From Vicugna vicugna (taxonomy: Eukaryota): a stretch of 64,000 nucleotides of DNA. The stretch is from the NCBI GenBank assembly GCA_013265495.1, contig MU057615.1, positions 1 to 64,000 of the forward strand. The letters run 5' to 3'. The notes below the pieces were generated by a model. That model ran no database searches and was not told where the DNA came from. It saw only the letters and a list, made by a program, of their open reading frames with translations. The position numbers and the translations under genes are program-made. This document shows positions 37,871-50,285 of this stretch, in pieces (the first letter of the stretch is position 1; each line of letters opens with the position of its first letter).

Positions 37871-38444
37871 TGTATTAGTTACATACTGCTGTGTAACAAA
37901 TGAGCACAAGCTAGTGGCTTAAACAGCACTGTAATTTCATAGTCTCTGTGGGTCAGGAGTCTGGATATGGCTTAGCTGGGTCCTCTGCTTATGGCCTGAT
38001 GAGTCTGAAATCCAGCTATCACCTGACTGTGTTCTTATCTAGAGGCTCAGCTGGGGAACTGGATCACTCAGGTTTACAGAGTTCGCTTCCATGTGGTTGT
38101 AGTTACTGAGGGCCTTGGATTCCTTGTGAGTGTCGTCTGTCAGCTGCCTACAGCTCCTGGAGCCCGCTGTGGGGGAACCACATTTCCTAGTGGCCACCCT
38201 CAGCTCCTTGGCATATGGGCTCTTCTCTCCTTGGCTGCTCACTTCATCCACCCACAAGGAGAGCCTCTAGACTCCTACGCAATGTCGCAGAATCACAGGG
38301 GTGATGCCCCATCACCTCTCCATGTTTTACTGGTTATAAGCAGGTCACAGGTTCTGCTCACAGTCAGGAAAGGAGATTAAACAAGAATGTGAACACCAGG
38401 AGGCAGGGATCATGGAGGACCACCCTTAGGTCTGTCTGTGACAC
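37871..38444 (-). mobile_element. MaLR LTR (MLT1E/F-like)
   Basis: TGTATTAGTTA..GCTGTGTAACAAA..AGTGGCTTAAACA..TCTGTGGGTCAGGA..GGCTTAGCTGGGTCCTCTGCT. Confidence 0.88.
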
Positions 38445-39869
38445 TCATGTTTAAAGGGTTAAACTCATTGTTACCATTTAAATGTTAGGACATTATTTAT
38501 TAAAAACCAGGTGTTTCCAGATTTTAAGAAGCCTGGTACCAGGTGGGTTTTTACACGGCAGTTTTGGCAGGGACTGAGGAATCGCTTCCCCCTTTGAGCA
38601 GGTCGGTTGCTCCTCCGTTTTTCCCAGCCCCCTCTTCCCCTTTGTGTGTTACCGTTTATCATCGTGCACGCGTAGTGTTTTTTCTTACACCTAGGCACTT
38701 CTGTTGTTTGTATTACCTGGCCAGTCCCTGTTGGCATATAAGTTTTTGTAACTCCTGGTCTAAATATGTGCTGTTGCTCTCTCTTCTTTAGAGGTGTACG
38801 CTCTTTTTGACTGCTCTCGCCACTTGTGGAGTTCTGGCCATCATTTTGTGCCAAAGACTGTAGAGCATCATGATATCCTGCCTCTGGCCACTGACGTGTC
38901 TCATCACTGATGGGCCTTGGGCTTGTCAGTTGCTGTTCTCTGATCAGGCTTCCAGGATCCAGACGGCTGGGTGTCACTGCGAACTAAATTCCTTTGCTGA
39001 TGCCAGATCCTGAAGCCACACCTTGGCTGTCGTCAGAATGTAGACTTGTAGGAAACTTCTTAGAATCTCTAACTTCTCTGACTGTGTCTCACATAATACA
39101 GCTGTTCACCGTGCTCAGTGGTGGCTTAGATCATAGCTTCACTGTCATAAAAATGTCAGTTAACATGGCCAGTTGTCGATATCTCAACACCCTTGGGAGG
39201 CTCTGCTCATTTTAAAATTGATTTTTGCTCAAGTTCATGCCAAACTGGTCACTTAGTTGTCTTAAAAGAAACAAAGTAAATAATCTGAGGTCATCCACAC
39301 AGCCTAGAACTCAGAGAACGTGCTGCCTCAGGGAAGGACGGCTCCTCAGCTTGGAGTGACATTTTTCACCCTATTGATTGTGTCTCAGAGTACAATTCTT
39401 ACAGACAACAGGAGGATGGCATTCCTACAGAATATTCTGTGGAACAACACATAAAAAATCAAATGTCTACTGATTTTGGAAGCTGGTGAACTTTCTCACC
39501 AGTAGAATGGAGCTTGCATCTTGGTTCAGTGTTTGAAGCTGAAATGAGAGCCTCACGATTGTTCTAAAGCAGGTATTCACAGACTCCGGATGCCGTTGCC
39601 TGTGGAGAGGACTCAGATTTGCGGCTCATGGCTTCAGGGAGTCAGAATCTTAAAGACTAATTCAGCTTCCTTTGGGGAATAACGCATCCTGGTTCCATCG
39701 TTTCTAATTTTCCTTTGAGCAACTGGTACCTGAGTTACTCGATCAGTGGCTGTATCTGTAACAACTGAGGGGACCCCAGGGCTGTGCAGCTTTTGTAGCC
39801 GCTCTGGGATGGGGGTGCTCAGCCATCCACATCCCAGTAACACTGGGCACTGGGGGAAATTCTGTGCTG

Positions 39870-39975
39870 CCTGCTGTTCTAAGCACTTTACTTAGAAAAG
39901 TTATGTAATTTGCCCAAGGTCATAAAGCTAGAAAACAGTTGAGGCAGGGTGTGAACTCAGGCAGTCTGATTTCAC
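39870..39975 (-). mobile_element. MIR fragment
   Basis: TGTTCTAAGCACTTTAC..AATTTGCCCAAGGTCA..GAACTCAGGCAGTCTGA. Confidence 0.7.
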
Positions 39976-40722
39976 TACAATATTATGAAGAATCCTAGAT
40001 GCACGGTGTATGAGATTTGCTCTGGCTGATGAATATAGATAGTACATGTCTGGCACAGAAGTGTTTCTAAGTGCTTCGTATAGTACTCCGTATGATTATT
40101 AGAAAGGATTGTTACTGAAAGAAAGCTGGGTAATTGTTTCAGTAATGTCAGAGGGTCCCAGCTGTCTAGCCTACCGCCAGTAAGATGCTGGGCACAGGTG
40201 AGCCGAGCTCACAGCGATGACTTGGAGCTCAGAGAAATTTCTTTTTTCTCTACCTTCTGAACTTCTTCTAAGAATAATCTTAACCTCACGTGCTGATCTT
40301 GTCTAATCGGGCACCTCTGAAATCTTTCTTTTCCTTTCTTTGTGAGTAAAGCTTTGAGTGTTGGAATATGCTAATGAATAAAATAGGTATGCTAATGTGT
40401 TCATGAACAACAGGTGGGGTTTTGTCCTTTTAGCTGTCAAATATCTTTTGCCTGGTTGAATGTCTTGGCGCATTTCTTTTCCATGGCCTGCACTGAGGTG
40501 ACATATTTATTAAGCATGGCTCACGTAGTTTTGAATGATTTGTACAGTGGGGGAAATAAAGAGAATCCAGCCTCTGCTCTCAAATAGCTTAGTGTCTGGT
40601 TGGGGAGAAATACAGCCACGAAAATGATAACTTAGAGATTGAACAGGACCCAAAAGAGTGATTGTAGACAAGAGAGGAAGGTGAGGTCTCTGTGGGGTGA
40701 TGAGATCACTGAAGGGGTTACG

Positions 40723-40790
40723 ATCCATCCATCCACCCAGCCACCTTAACTATTGATCCATCCATCCATCCATCTATCCATCTACCCATG
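40723..40790. repeat. Degenerate (ATCC)n microsatellite
   Basis: ATCCATCCATCC.. runs. Confidence 0.8.
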
Positions 40791-42544
40791 TGTCCAGACA
40801 TTTGCTTAACACCCATTTGGCTGGATTCTTTTCTGTTGACTAACATAGAGCTGCCTGGGAAGCCTGCATTTTAGTGGATGAATTAAAATCCAGGCTGAGG
40901 TATTTGGAGGCCAACCTTCAGAGCAGTTTGACTCTCATAACTTCACAGTGGAATGGCCTGTGTTTATATCTTTTGGGGGCTTGGGAATAAATTGCCAAGT
41001 CGACGATTTCTGCTGAGATAGTGATGGACAGTTTTGGATATAAAACTGTGGTTTGACCTGTTAAACACAGCTTGTTGAACGGGATCACTGAAACAGCTGT
41101 GGTGAGAAGCCATGCTTATCTCATTTGTGTCTAGTTCCCTGGCCCTCTGTCTCCTGGGAGCCCAGGGTAGCCAGCCCTGTGAGGAAACAGAGCTTGGGGG
41201 TGCCCTGCACTGAACCACACCAAAAGCCCAGTGGCCCCAGTTTCTGGCTCCGAGTCTGGGCTGAAGATGGCTGAGCCCTCCTGTCTCTGATCATTTTGCC
41301 ATAAAGACAAGATGCCATTGCTGTCTGGTGTGAACCAGGGAGCAGAAGAAGAAACGCCCGTGCTGTAGCCTTGACCATGGGTCATAGCTCAAGTTCCACC
41401 CCCCATGACTGATTTTCATGGGCTTTTTGGTTTCGTCTCATTAAAGGGAAAACATTTCTAGAAACGTGGCAGTATCAGTCCTTCTGTGTGTGAATAAACA
41501 CCCCATTTGGGGTAACATCTCTCGGAGGGGAGGGGAGGAGAGGGGAGAGCAGCTCTGCTGGGAGCGGCTGTGGGTCCGTTGAGTGAATTCAACCCGCGGC
41601 GCCAGCTCCTTGCCCCAGGCGCTGCCAGCTGCAGCTTCTCTCCACATTTGCAGGATCCTGGAGGAGCTGTTCTGGTTCCTGTGGGGAGAAACACACTTTG
41701 AAAGCTTGCCCTACGTTTTCTTTTTCTCTTTCACAGATGTTGCAGAGACTACCTGTTTGATGCCTCATAATTACACGCTTGCTCTAATTATAGGAACTAC
41801 CTTCTAAAAAATTCAGTTCCTTCCAGTATGATTCTTAATGCTTGCTTGGTACTCAGTGTGTGCTTGTTTTTCCCCAAATGTTCATCAGACTTTGGCTTTT
41901 AATGGCAACAGCTGGTTGCATTTCCACAACATCGTCATTTAATTATATTACCTTTTTTCATCCCAAAGAGATTAAGTGTGATGATACACCAAAGGACTGT
42001 TTTTTGTTTGTTTGTTTTTTTAGGAAAAAAGCTGAAATCTGTCACTGATGGACAGATTCAGCAGCCACTGTTGTGCAATAAAAGATAATTCAAAGATAGG
42101 TAAAGAAATCGCCTTGTTAGCTGCAGGGCTGTGCTCCTGAGAGGGAGATTGCCTCTCAAAATGAAACGTGGTGGCAGGCAGCCGTCGCTGCATGTGCCAC
42201 GTGGGCGGGCCGTGTGGATGGTGTGCTGGCATCCCCGAGCCTGCTTGGGACTGTCAGAAACACCAAAAGCAACACCAGAGCTGACGTTGTGTTGAATGCC
42301 CCTTAGCAGAATCAAAGGCAGATGATAACAAGGTGAATTAGGAGCTTGAAAATGGCATGTTCCAGTGAACAGAAAGAACCCGCAGAAGTGATGCAGCTGA
42401 GTGGTTAGAGACAGTTGTCCCTGATCACAGTGGAATGAAAAGTGCCTTTTCTTAGGCCAGGTCCACTGGGAGAAGCAGAACCCCACATTGCTGTGGAGCT
42501 GGCTGGCACCCTCTGGAGTCCTAAACCCCGACTCCCGGGCTCTC

Positions 42545-43008
42545 TGTGTGCAGGGAGCCATTGACACCTTAATCCCAGCTCCCCGCTGCAGGACCCTCCA
42601 CAGACCTGCATTTCTGCAGGATAAAAACATTTCTTGTTGTGTATTCCTCCTGGCAGGGCTCATCGCCCGAGGAGGAAGCCTGGCTCACAGTACCCTAGGT
42701 GGGCAGGCTCACATCCTGCCCTTATCAAAGCTGTAAATCCTACAGTTCAGAGACGTCCCTGACAGGTCTTACAACCAGTCAGGGGTCCGTGGACGAACTG
42801 ATTTCACAGTCCCTTGTGTGCACAGCCCCCCACGTAAAAGACCCTGCACGGCCGCCCTCAGGGCTCACACAGGCACCTGTCGTCAGTGTGGCCCGCTCCT
42901 GTCTGCGTCAGTGTGACCTAGTAAACTCCTTTCCTGTCCTCACCCTCTGCCTCGGGTAAATTCTTCCACGGCGCGTGTCACCGCCCCCCCGCGTTGCGTC
43001 CCGCAGCA
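42545..43008 (+). mobile_element. ERV LTR (solo or near-complete), CpG-rich U5
   Basis: TG start, TATA-like CGTAAAAG (~42833), AGTAAA at 42920-42925, U5-type CTGCCTCGGGTAAATTCTT..CCCGCA end. No TSD confirmed. Confidence 0.65.
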
Positions 43009-43089
43009 GCCATCAGCACAGCGGAGGGCCGGTGAGCAGCGGGTTGAGAGAGGACAGGGCTTTCCGTTTTACGCTCCCTTTACTGAACC

Positions 43090-43230
43090 TTTGCATGCAT
43101 TACCCCACTGCATCCTCACAGAGCCCTAGAGAGAAATGTTAGTGTCCCAATTTACAAACGAGAAAACTGGGGGTCTGAGCGGCTTAAGTAAGCAGCACAG
43201 AGACAGAGGTGGAACTCCGGAGCAGGTGCT
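43090..43230 (-). mobile_element. MIR fragment
   Basis: ATCCTCACAGAGCCCT..CCCAATTTACAAACGAGAAAACTG core. Confidence 0.7.
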
Positions 43231-44689
43231 GGCTGATGTGGTGAATCCACCTTAACGTTTAACTTAAAAATGCACTGAGGTACCTTCAGTCATCTGGTCT
43301 TTGATGCCGCGCCGAGGGTGGTAATTACCGTGCCGTTCTCGCTGTACTTCTGGGTGTCTGCCCTCTGTTCGCCCACAGGAGTGCACCTCCTGACTGCGGT
43401 TAGGTCATGGATTCTCCACAGAAGCAAAGGGGGTCAGTTCCAGATTTGGGCATCTGATGGCTGGTGCAAAGCCTTCTGAGCTCCCTCCCCGCTGCTTGCA
43501 GTGAGTCAGCCCTGTAACGAAGCAAGTCCACCACGAGGAGGGCACAGCGCTGTGCCCCACCCACCTGCTGTGGACACTGCAGAGGAAGAGAAGTAACGTT
43601 TGTTGCTCCAGGCCACCAAAACTGTGACACTGTCTTTTGTGACAGTTTAATATAGCCCAATATGTTTGAGTCAGAATTTGGTACTAGGACTGAGTGACAT
43701 CATAACTCAAAGCCTAAAATGTGCAGCATTGATTCGGGGGCTGACAGTGGGTAGCAAGGGAGCCATTCTCCGGGGCTGATGGTGATACAACATTTGATTT
43801 TGATGGGCATCAACTTGGAAGGCGAATAAAGTGCCACAGACCTCATGGGCAGGGGACAGATCAGAAAACATTGTCCATGGTCCATGTTTCTTGGTGGTGT
43901 TGATTGCATTTGATAAGACATTAAAAGAAAGAGATGGTCCTCCCAAACGCAGTTGTTTGCGAGCCAGAATATCCGACTCTAAAGGGAGTTCACAAATTCA
44001 GGGGCTTAATGGGTGGGGAAAAGGCACTTATCAATTCCAGTCTTGAAAGGATAAAACCAAGACTCATCTCAATCAGCAAAGTAAGATTATAATAAGCTGG
44101 CAGCCACCGCAGAGTGGGGAGTGTGGCCATTGAACTCACTGCTCAAACTGGCACTCAGTGTGCCTTCCAGCGGGGCATGGAGCCTCAGAGAAAGGACCAG
44201 AACCATACATGGGGTCCTCCCAGTGGAGCACGACGGGGCCAGAGCACCTACGCTGAGAGTGCCCAGAGCAGAGAGGAATTGTTGGAGAGAAAGTGGAGAC
44301 TGAAGGCCTAGGGACAGGGGCAGAGAAACAGGATGTGTGTAACCAGTGTGTCTAGAAAGAGAGCTGGGGACATCGTGCCCCTGAAAGAAGCCTCCCGGGT
44401 TTCAGGAGAGTCACACCGCCAAAATAGACACCAACACATAAACCAGAAGTCATTGTGTGTGTCAGTCAGTCTGCAACTTAAAACAACCCGTGAAATGTCT
44501 ACAAGCTGGACTAAGAATGCTCAGCCCCTAAGGAGGAATACTCTCCAGTGCCTACTTCAGAAGGGCCCAAGGAAGGCGACAGAGGAGAAAGCTCATTCCA
44601 AAAGCCACGTGGCACAGTGGACTGGGGAGACACTCCCTGAGACCAGCATGGACCCTTCCTAGAGCTGACGGCCCCCACAGCACCGGTAT

Positions 44690-45152
44690 TGTTACCGAAG
44701 GCAAGTTCGTGTGCCTGACACACCCTGAGGACAAACTAACTAAAACGTCAGAGTTTGGAGCAGAGAAAGTTTATTGCAGGACCAAGCAAGGACGGGGTGG
44801 CTCATGTCCAAGGAAACCCCGAACTCCCTGAAGGGTGAAGCATATCTAAAGCATATTTAAAGGCCACGTAAGCGGGGGTGGGGTCCCAGGGCAGATGATC
44901 AGCTCGTGCACAATCTTCTGATTAGTTGATGTTAAGTTAACAGGGCATCCACACTGTCAGCCCCTGGGCGCCAGGAGGTCTGGGGGCCATGTGCTCTCAA
45001 TCATCAAGTAGTTAATTTCTTCCTTTGGTGGTTTCTAGCATCTGAAAAACACAGGAAATTTTCATGAGATACTATTATCAGAGAGGAACTACAGCAGAGG
45101 ATACGGGGAGAGGTCTGTCCCAGGAAGGCCCCACAGGGTCCTCTCAGTTACA
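44690..45152 (-). mobile_element. ERV1 solo LTR (family C)
   Basis: TGTTACCGAA...CAGTTACA termini, minus-strand AATAAA at ~44771. No clean TSD. Confidence 0.85.
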
Positions 45153-45614
45153 GCAGGGACCTCTACTGCCCATGTTTTTTGCAGCTACCCAGTGGGTTGG
45201 AGACAAGGCAGGTAACTTGTTCTTTGAGCTCTGAGTCTCCAGATCAAGAGGAACTGCAGCAGAGATTTGAGAGAGAGACTCGCACATTACACATAAATGC
45301 TGGAGCTTTGACCTGGATGCCATGAAAAAAAAGGCCTGTGGGTTGACCCCCTGGGATGGGGGGGGCGAGTGTTTTCCTGTGGGAAGGAGAGGAGGCCAAA
45401 TACCTTGTGACTTGAGTGTCTTTCATGAAGCATTGTTGCCCCTGCTTTCTCGGTACATGTTGGGGTCACATTTCCTAGAGCCGTAGGTTGGGTAGGGACA
45501 GGGAACTAGTTCAGACCAGGAATGATACCACTTTCACATTTAATGGTCAGCTGGGGACCCCTCAGAGTCACTTTTCCTCTGACCTAGGAGGCAACCCTCA
45601 AGCTAGTGTGGTCC

Positions 45615-46124
45615 TGTTACTGAGTCCAAACTCATTCTCACCGCACGACAGGCCAGTAAATTGGGAGATGAGGTGCTGGGGCAAGGAAGAATGACTTTAT
45701 TCAGAAAGCTGGCAGACTGAGAAGATGGCAGACTAATGTCCTGGAGAACCATCCTCCCCAAGTCAGAATACAGCATCCTTTTTACTAAAAGGGGATGGAG
45801 TGTGGTTGGTGCAAACTTCTTGGTGTAGGAATCCTTTGTTTTTGCAGCTGACCTGGGTCAGGTCCTGGTGCCTCTGCAAAACCTCTAACCAAAAAAATGT
45901 TATTTTCGATTCTGCAACTTGTTATCTTTATATACGTGCAAAAGTGTTAATATCCTTAAAGGCCACAGCCTTGAGAACAGGCTCTCCTGTATATTTCAGG
46001 CTAAAGGCAGCATCCTTCTACAGAAAGTGCAGAGCTGGCAAGATGAAGCCTAGAAAACAGGGCACAGGGTTAAAGCCAAAGGAACAGATCTAATGTGGCA
46101 TCAGGTTTGTTCTTTTCTGTTACA
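45615..46124 (-). mobile_element. ERV1 solo LTR, family A copy 4
   Basis: TGTTACTGAGTCCAAA...TGTTACA, TSD GTCC/GCCC, collinear with copies 1-3. Confidence 0.95.
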
Positions 46125-46551
46125 GCCCCAGAGCCTGGGCCCCTGTGGGCAGCCCCTGTGGTTCTGGGAACACCAGGAGACCCCTGGGTTGTACTATGTC
46201 ACTGAGGTGCTGACCACGGCCAGCCCTTGGAGGGTGGTTCTTACCAAGGCTGGTCCCTGGATGCAGAGTCTTGGTGGAGGTTGTGTCTTCTTTTTTTTCA
46301 GAAATTACAGCTTCTTCTATACATTTTAATCTCTACATTTTAAAATGAAGTGAGAATTTAAAGACACTGGTACACAGAGTGCCAGAAACTAGGCCTCTAC
46401 ACTCGTCTGGCCAACACGGGTTTAGACAGTGCTTGTTTGGTGAACCATCACTGGGCTTGTCCCTAATTCATTAACTTAGTTTTCAAGGAAACAATCATTC
46501 ATTCTTTTTTTTTTAAACTTATATTTCATGTGTATTTTAAATAACAGTACA

Positions 46552-47730
46552 ATAAGTCATAGCAGTGTTTTCTTAGGTCAGCCTCCCAAGGCAATAGAAA
46601 TAAAAGCAAAAATAAACAAACGGGACCCAAAGAAATATATAAGCTTTTGTACAGCAAAGAAAACCATCAACAAAGTGAAAAGACAACCTAGAGACTGGGA
46701 GGAAATACTTGCAAATTATGGACCAACAAGGGCTTAATTTCCAAAAATACACAAATAGCTCATACAACTCAATTCCAGAAAACAAACAGCCCAATCAAAA
46801 TATGGGCAGAAGACCTGAACAGATATTTCTCAAAGAAGACATACAGATGGCACATGAAAAGATGTTCAACTTCACTAATTATTAGAGAAATACAAATCAA
46901 AACTACAATGAGGTACACTGTTCAGAATGGCCATTATTAAAAAGTCCACAAACAATAAATATTGGAGAGGGTGTGGAGAAAAGGCAACCCTCCTACACTG
47001 TTGGTGGGAATGTAAACTGGTGCTGCCACTATGGAGGACAGTATGGAGATTCCTTTAAAAGCTAAAGATAGACTTACCATATGATTTGTCAACCCCTCTC
47101 CTGGTCATGTATCTGGAGAAAATGCTAATTCAAAAAGATACATGCACCCCAGAGTTCACAGAAGCACTATTTACAATAGCCAAGTCATAGAAGCAGCCTA
47201 AATATCCACCAACAGATAAATGGATAAAGAAGATGTGGTGGGTATAATATACATATACGCACTATGGAATACTACTCAGCAATAAAAAATGCAGTAATGC
47301 CATTTGCAGCAACATGGATGGACCTAGAGATTATCACACTAATTGAAGTAAGTCAGACAGAGAAAGTACAAATATCATATGATATCACTTATATGTGAAA
47401 TCTAAAATATGATATAAGTGAACTTATTTACAAAATAGAAATAGACTCATAGGCATAGAAAACAAATTTATGGTTACCAATGGAGAAAGGGAAGGGGAGA
47501 GATAAATGAGGAGTTTGAGATTAGCAAGTACAAACTACTATATATAAACAAGATAAACAGCAAGGTCCTACTGTGTAGCACAGGGAACTAGATTCGATAT
47601 CTTATAATAATCTATAATGAAGAAGAATATGGAGAATATATATGTGTATAATTAAATCACTTTGCTATATACCAGAAACTAACACAATATTGTAAATCAA
47701 CTTCAATAAAAAAAGGTAATAAATAAATAA
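46552..47730 (+). mobile_element. L1 3' 1.2 kb (ORF2 3' part + 3'UTR)
   Basis: PKAIEIKAKINK..TINKVKRQPRDWEEILAN in ORF 46528-46737, A-rich tail, TSD-like ACAGTACA on both sides. Confidence 0.95.
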
Positions 47731-49132
47731 ATACAGTACATGTGATAACAATAAAAATTTGACCTTGGCATATTTGGACAGTACAGAAGTCTCACTGAGA
47801 CTAGGCATCTCAGCTGGTGGGCAGGTAAGCACGGAGGGACTGTCGCATCCTGTGAGCTGCTCCAGGAGAGGCCAGTTAAGGAGAAATATACATGGATAAG
47901 AAATTGTGAACGGAGAAACAACAGATGAGACTTGGATATGAAAGACAATGGCATTACACATCTGATGGCGCGTAGAGGGGAAACTTTCCTTCCATCCTTT
48001 TAAATCAGATTTGTTATGGTTTATTATGTGTTATCCATGGCTGATGGAGGAGACTACAGTAGTTGTAATTAACTGTCAGCAGAACAGTATCTTGTAGCTC
48101 ATTATTTTAATGAGGTTGGTTTGATATTTTTAATTGATTTTGAGTTTTGTATTTTGTTTATAATTGAGTGAAAATTAGAAGATAGGGAATTTGTATCTAC
48201 TTTTAAGTTCCCATATATTTAAACAAAATTAAAATAATTTAAGTCAATATTGGAATTTGAAAGACATTTATTGGGGGGGCTTTTTCTTTTACCTGTGTCA
48301 AAATATACATAAGACAAAATTTTTATCATTGTCAGTATTTTAAGTGTACAGTTCATTGAGTACATTCAAATTGTAATACCATTACCACCATCCATCCAGA
48401 GAATTTTTATCATTTCCCCAAACTAAAATTCTGTACCCATTAAACAGTAACTTGTCCAGTTCCTCCTTCCCTTAACCCTGGCAGCCGCAATCTGTCTCCA
48501 TGAATCTGACTGCTGTAGATGGCTGGTGTCCATGGAACTGTCCAGTCTTTGTCCTTCCATGACCAGCTTAATTGCACTCAGCATAATGTCTTCAAGATTC
48601 AGATGTACCATGTGTCAGAAATTACTTTCTTTTTTTAAGGATGAATACTGTTCTGTTGTGTGGATACCACAGTTATTTATCCATTTATCTCTCCATGGAT
48701 AGTTGAGTTGGTTCCATCTTTGGCTGTTATGAACAACGCTGTTATGAACATGTGTGCACAAGTACCTGTGTGAGTCCCTGCTTTCAGTTCTTTGGGGTAT
48801 ATACTCAGTAGTTTATTTGTTGGATCATATGACATTCTATTCTTAATTTTTTGAGGAACCATCATATTGTCTTCCATAGTAACTCCACCATTTTTCATTC
48901 CTCAGCAGTGCACAAATGTTCCAACTTCTCCACATCCTCATTAACACTTGTTATTTTCTGTTACGATTTTTTTTTAGCTTAAAGCCATCCTGCAGCGTAT
49001 GCAGTGGTTTCTCTGCAGTTCTTTAGTGGTTAGCGATAATGAGCATCTTTACATATGCTTATTTGCCATTTATATATCTTCTTTCAGAAATAGCTACTCA
49101 TGCTCTTTGCCCACTTTTAAATCAGGTTGGAT

Positions 49133-49265
49133 TCTTCCTCTCTTTCTCTCTCTCCCTTCCTCTTTCTTTCTTCCTTCCTTCCTTCCTTCCTTCCTTCCTT
49201 CCTTCCTTCCTTCCTCCCTCCCTTTCTCCCTTTCTCCCTCTCTTTCTCTCTGTCTTTCTTCTTTC
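49133..49265. repeat. Polypyrimidine tract with (TTCC)11
   Basis: TTCC repeats 49171-49214 flanked by TC/TTTC repeats. Confidence 0.95.
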
Positions 49266-50238
49266 ATGTTGGGTTATAGTTCTTTATCAAGTGTATGATT
49301 TGCAGACATTTTGCCCCATTTGGTAGATTGACTTTTCACTCTGTTGATAGTAACCTTTGTTGCATAAATGTTTTTAATTTTGATGTAGTCCATTTCATCT
49401 ATTTTTTTCTTTTAATGACTGTGCTGTGGTGTCATATCCAAGAAATGATTGTCAAATCCAATACATGAAGCTTTCCCCCTCTGTTTTCTTCTCAGAGTTT
49501 TAGCTCTTACATTTAGGTCTTTAATAACTTTTGAGTTTATTTTTTGTATATGGTGCATGATAAGGGTCTACTTCATTTTCCTCAAATAGAGATCCATTTT
49601 CTCAGCATTCACTGGAAAGACTTTCCTTTTCCCCATTTAATAGTCTTGTTGAAAATCATCTGACGATGTATGTGTGGCTTTATTCCTGGGCTGTCTTTTC
49701 TGTTCCTCTGATCTGTATCTGTTGTTATTCCAGTACTGCACTATTTTGAAGACTGGACTTTGCAGTAAGCTTTCAAATTAGAAGGAGTGAGACCCCCAAC
49801 TTTGCTCTTCTCAAGATTGTTTAGGGTATTTGGGGTCTTTTGAAGTTCTGTATAAATTTGAGGATTTGTTTTTCCTATTGCTGCAAAAAAAAATTGTTGG
49901 GAATTTGACAGCTGTTGCATTGACTCTGTGGGTCACTTTAGGTAATGTTGGTATCTTAACAGTATTGTCTTTCAATCCATGAACATGGTATTCTTTCCAC
50001 TTTTATTAGTGTTTTCTTTAATTTCTTACAGCAACATTTTGAGTTTACAGTAGCTTAAGGTTTTTGGCCTCTTTGGTTAAGTTTAGTTAACTTAATTCTT
50101 TTTGATATTATTGTAAATGGAGTCATTTTCTTAATTTCATTTTTGGATTGTTCAATGCTAGTGTATAGAAACACAACTGATTTGGTGGTATTGATTTTGT
50201 ATCCCATAGCTTTGCTGAATTTGTAGCTCCAGTAGGTT

Positions 50239-50248
50239 GTGTGTATGT

Positions 50249-50282
<34 letters not shown>
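50239..50282. repeat. Interrupted (TG)n microsatellite
   Basis: TG run inside L1. Confidence 0.95.

Positions 50283-50285
<3 letters not shown>

Noticed and set aside
38471..38977. 168-aa minus-strand ORF (also the 201-aa ORF at 42058-42663)
   Set aside because: No recognisable protein features; the second overlaps an LTR.
6223..46093. Repeated ~97-aa ORF (..KVLISLKVRALRTGSPVYFRLKAT..) at 6223, 11298 and 45800, suggesting a small gene family
   Set aside because: Antisense frames inside family-A LTR copies, with non-ATG starts and frameshifted N-termini between copies; copy 3 is interrupted.
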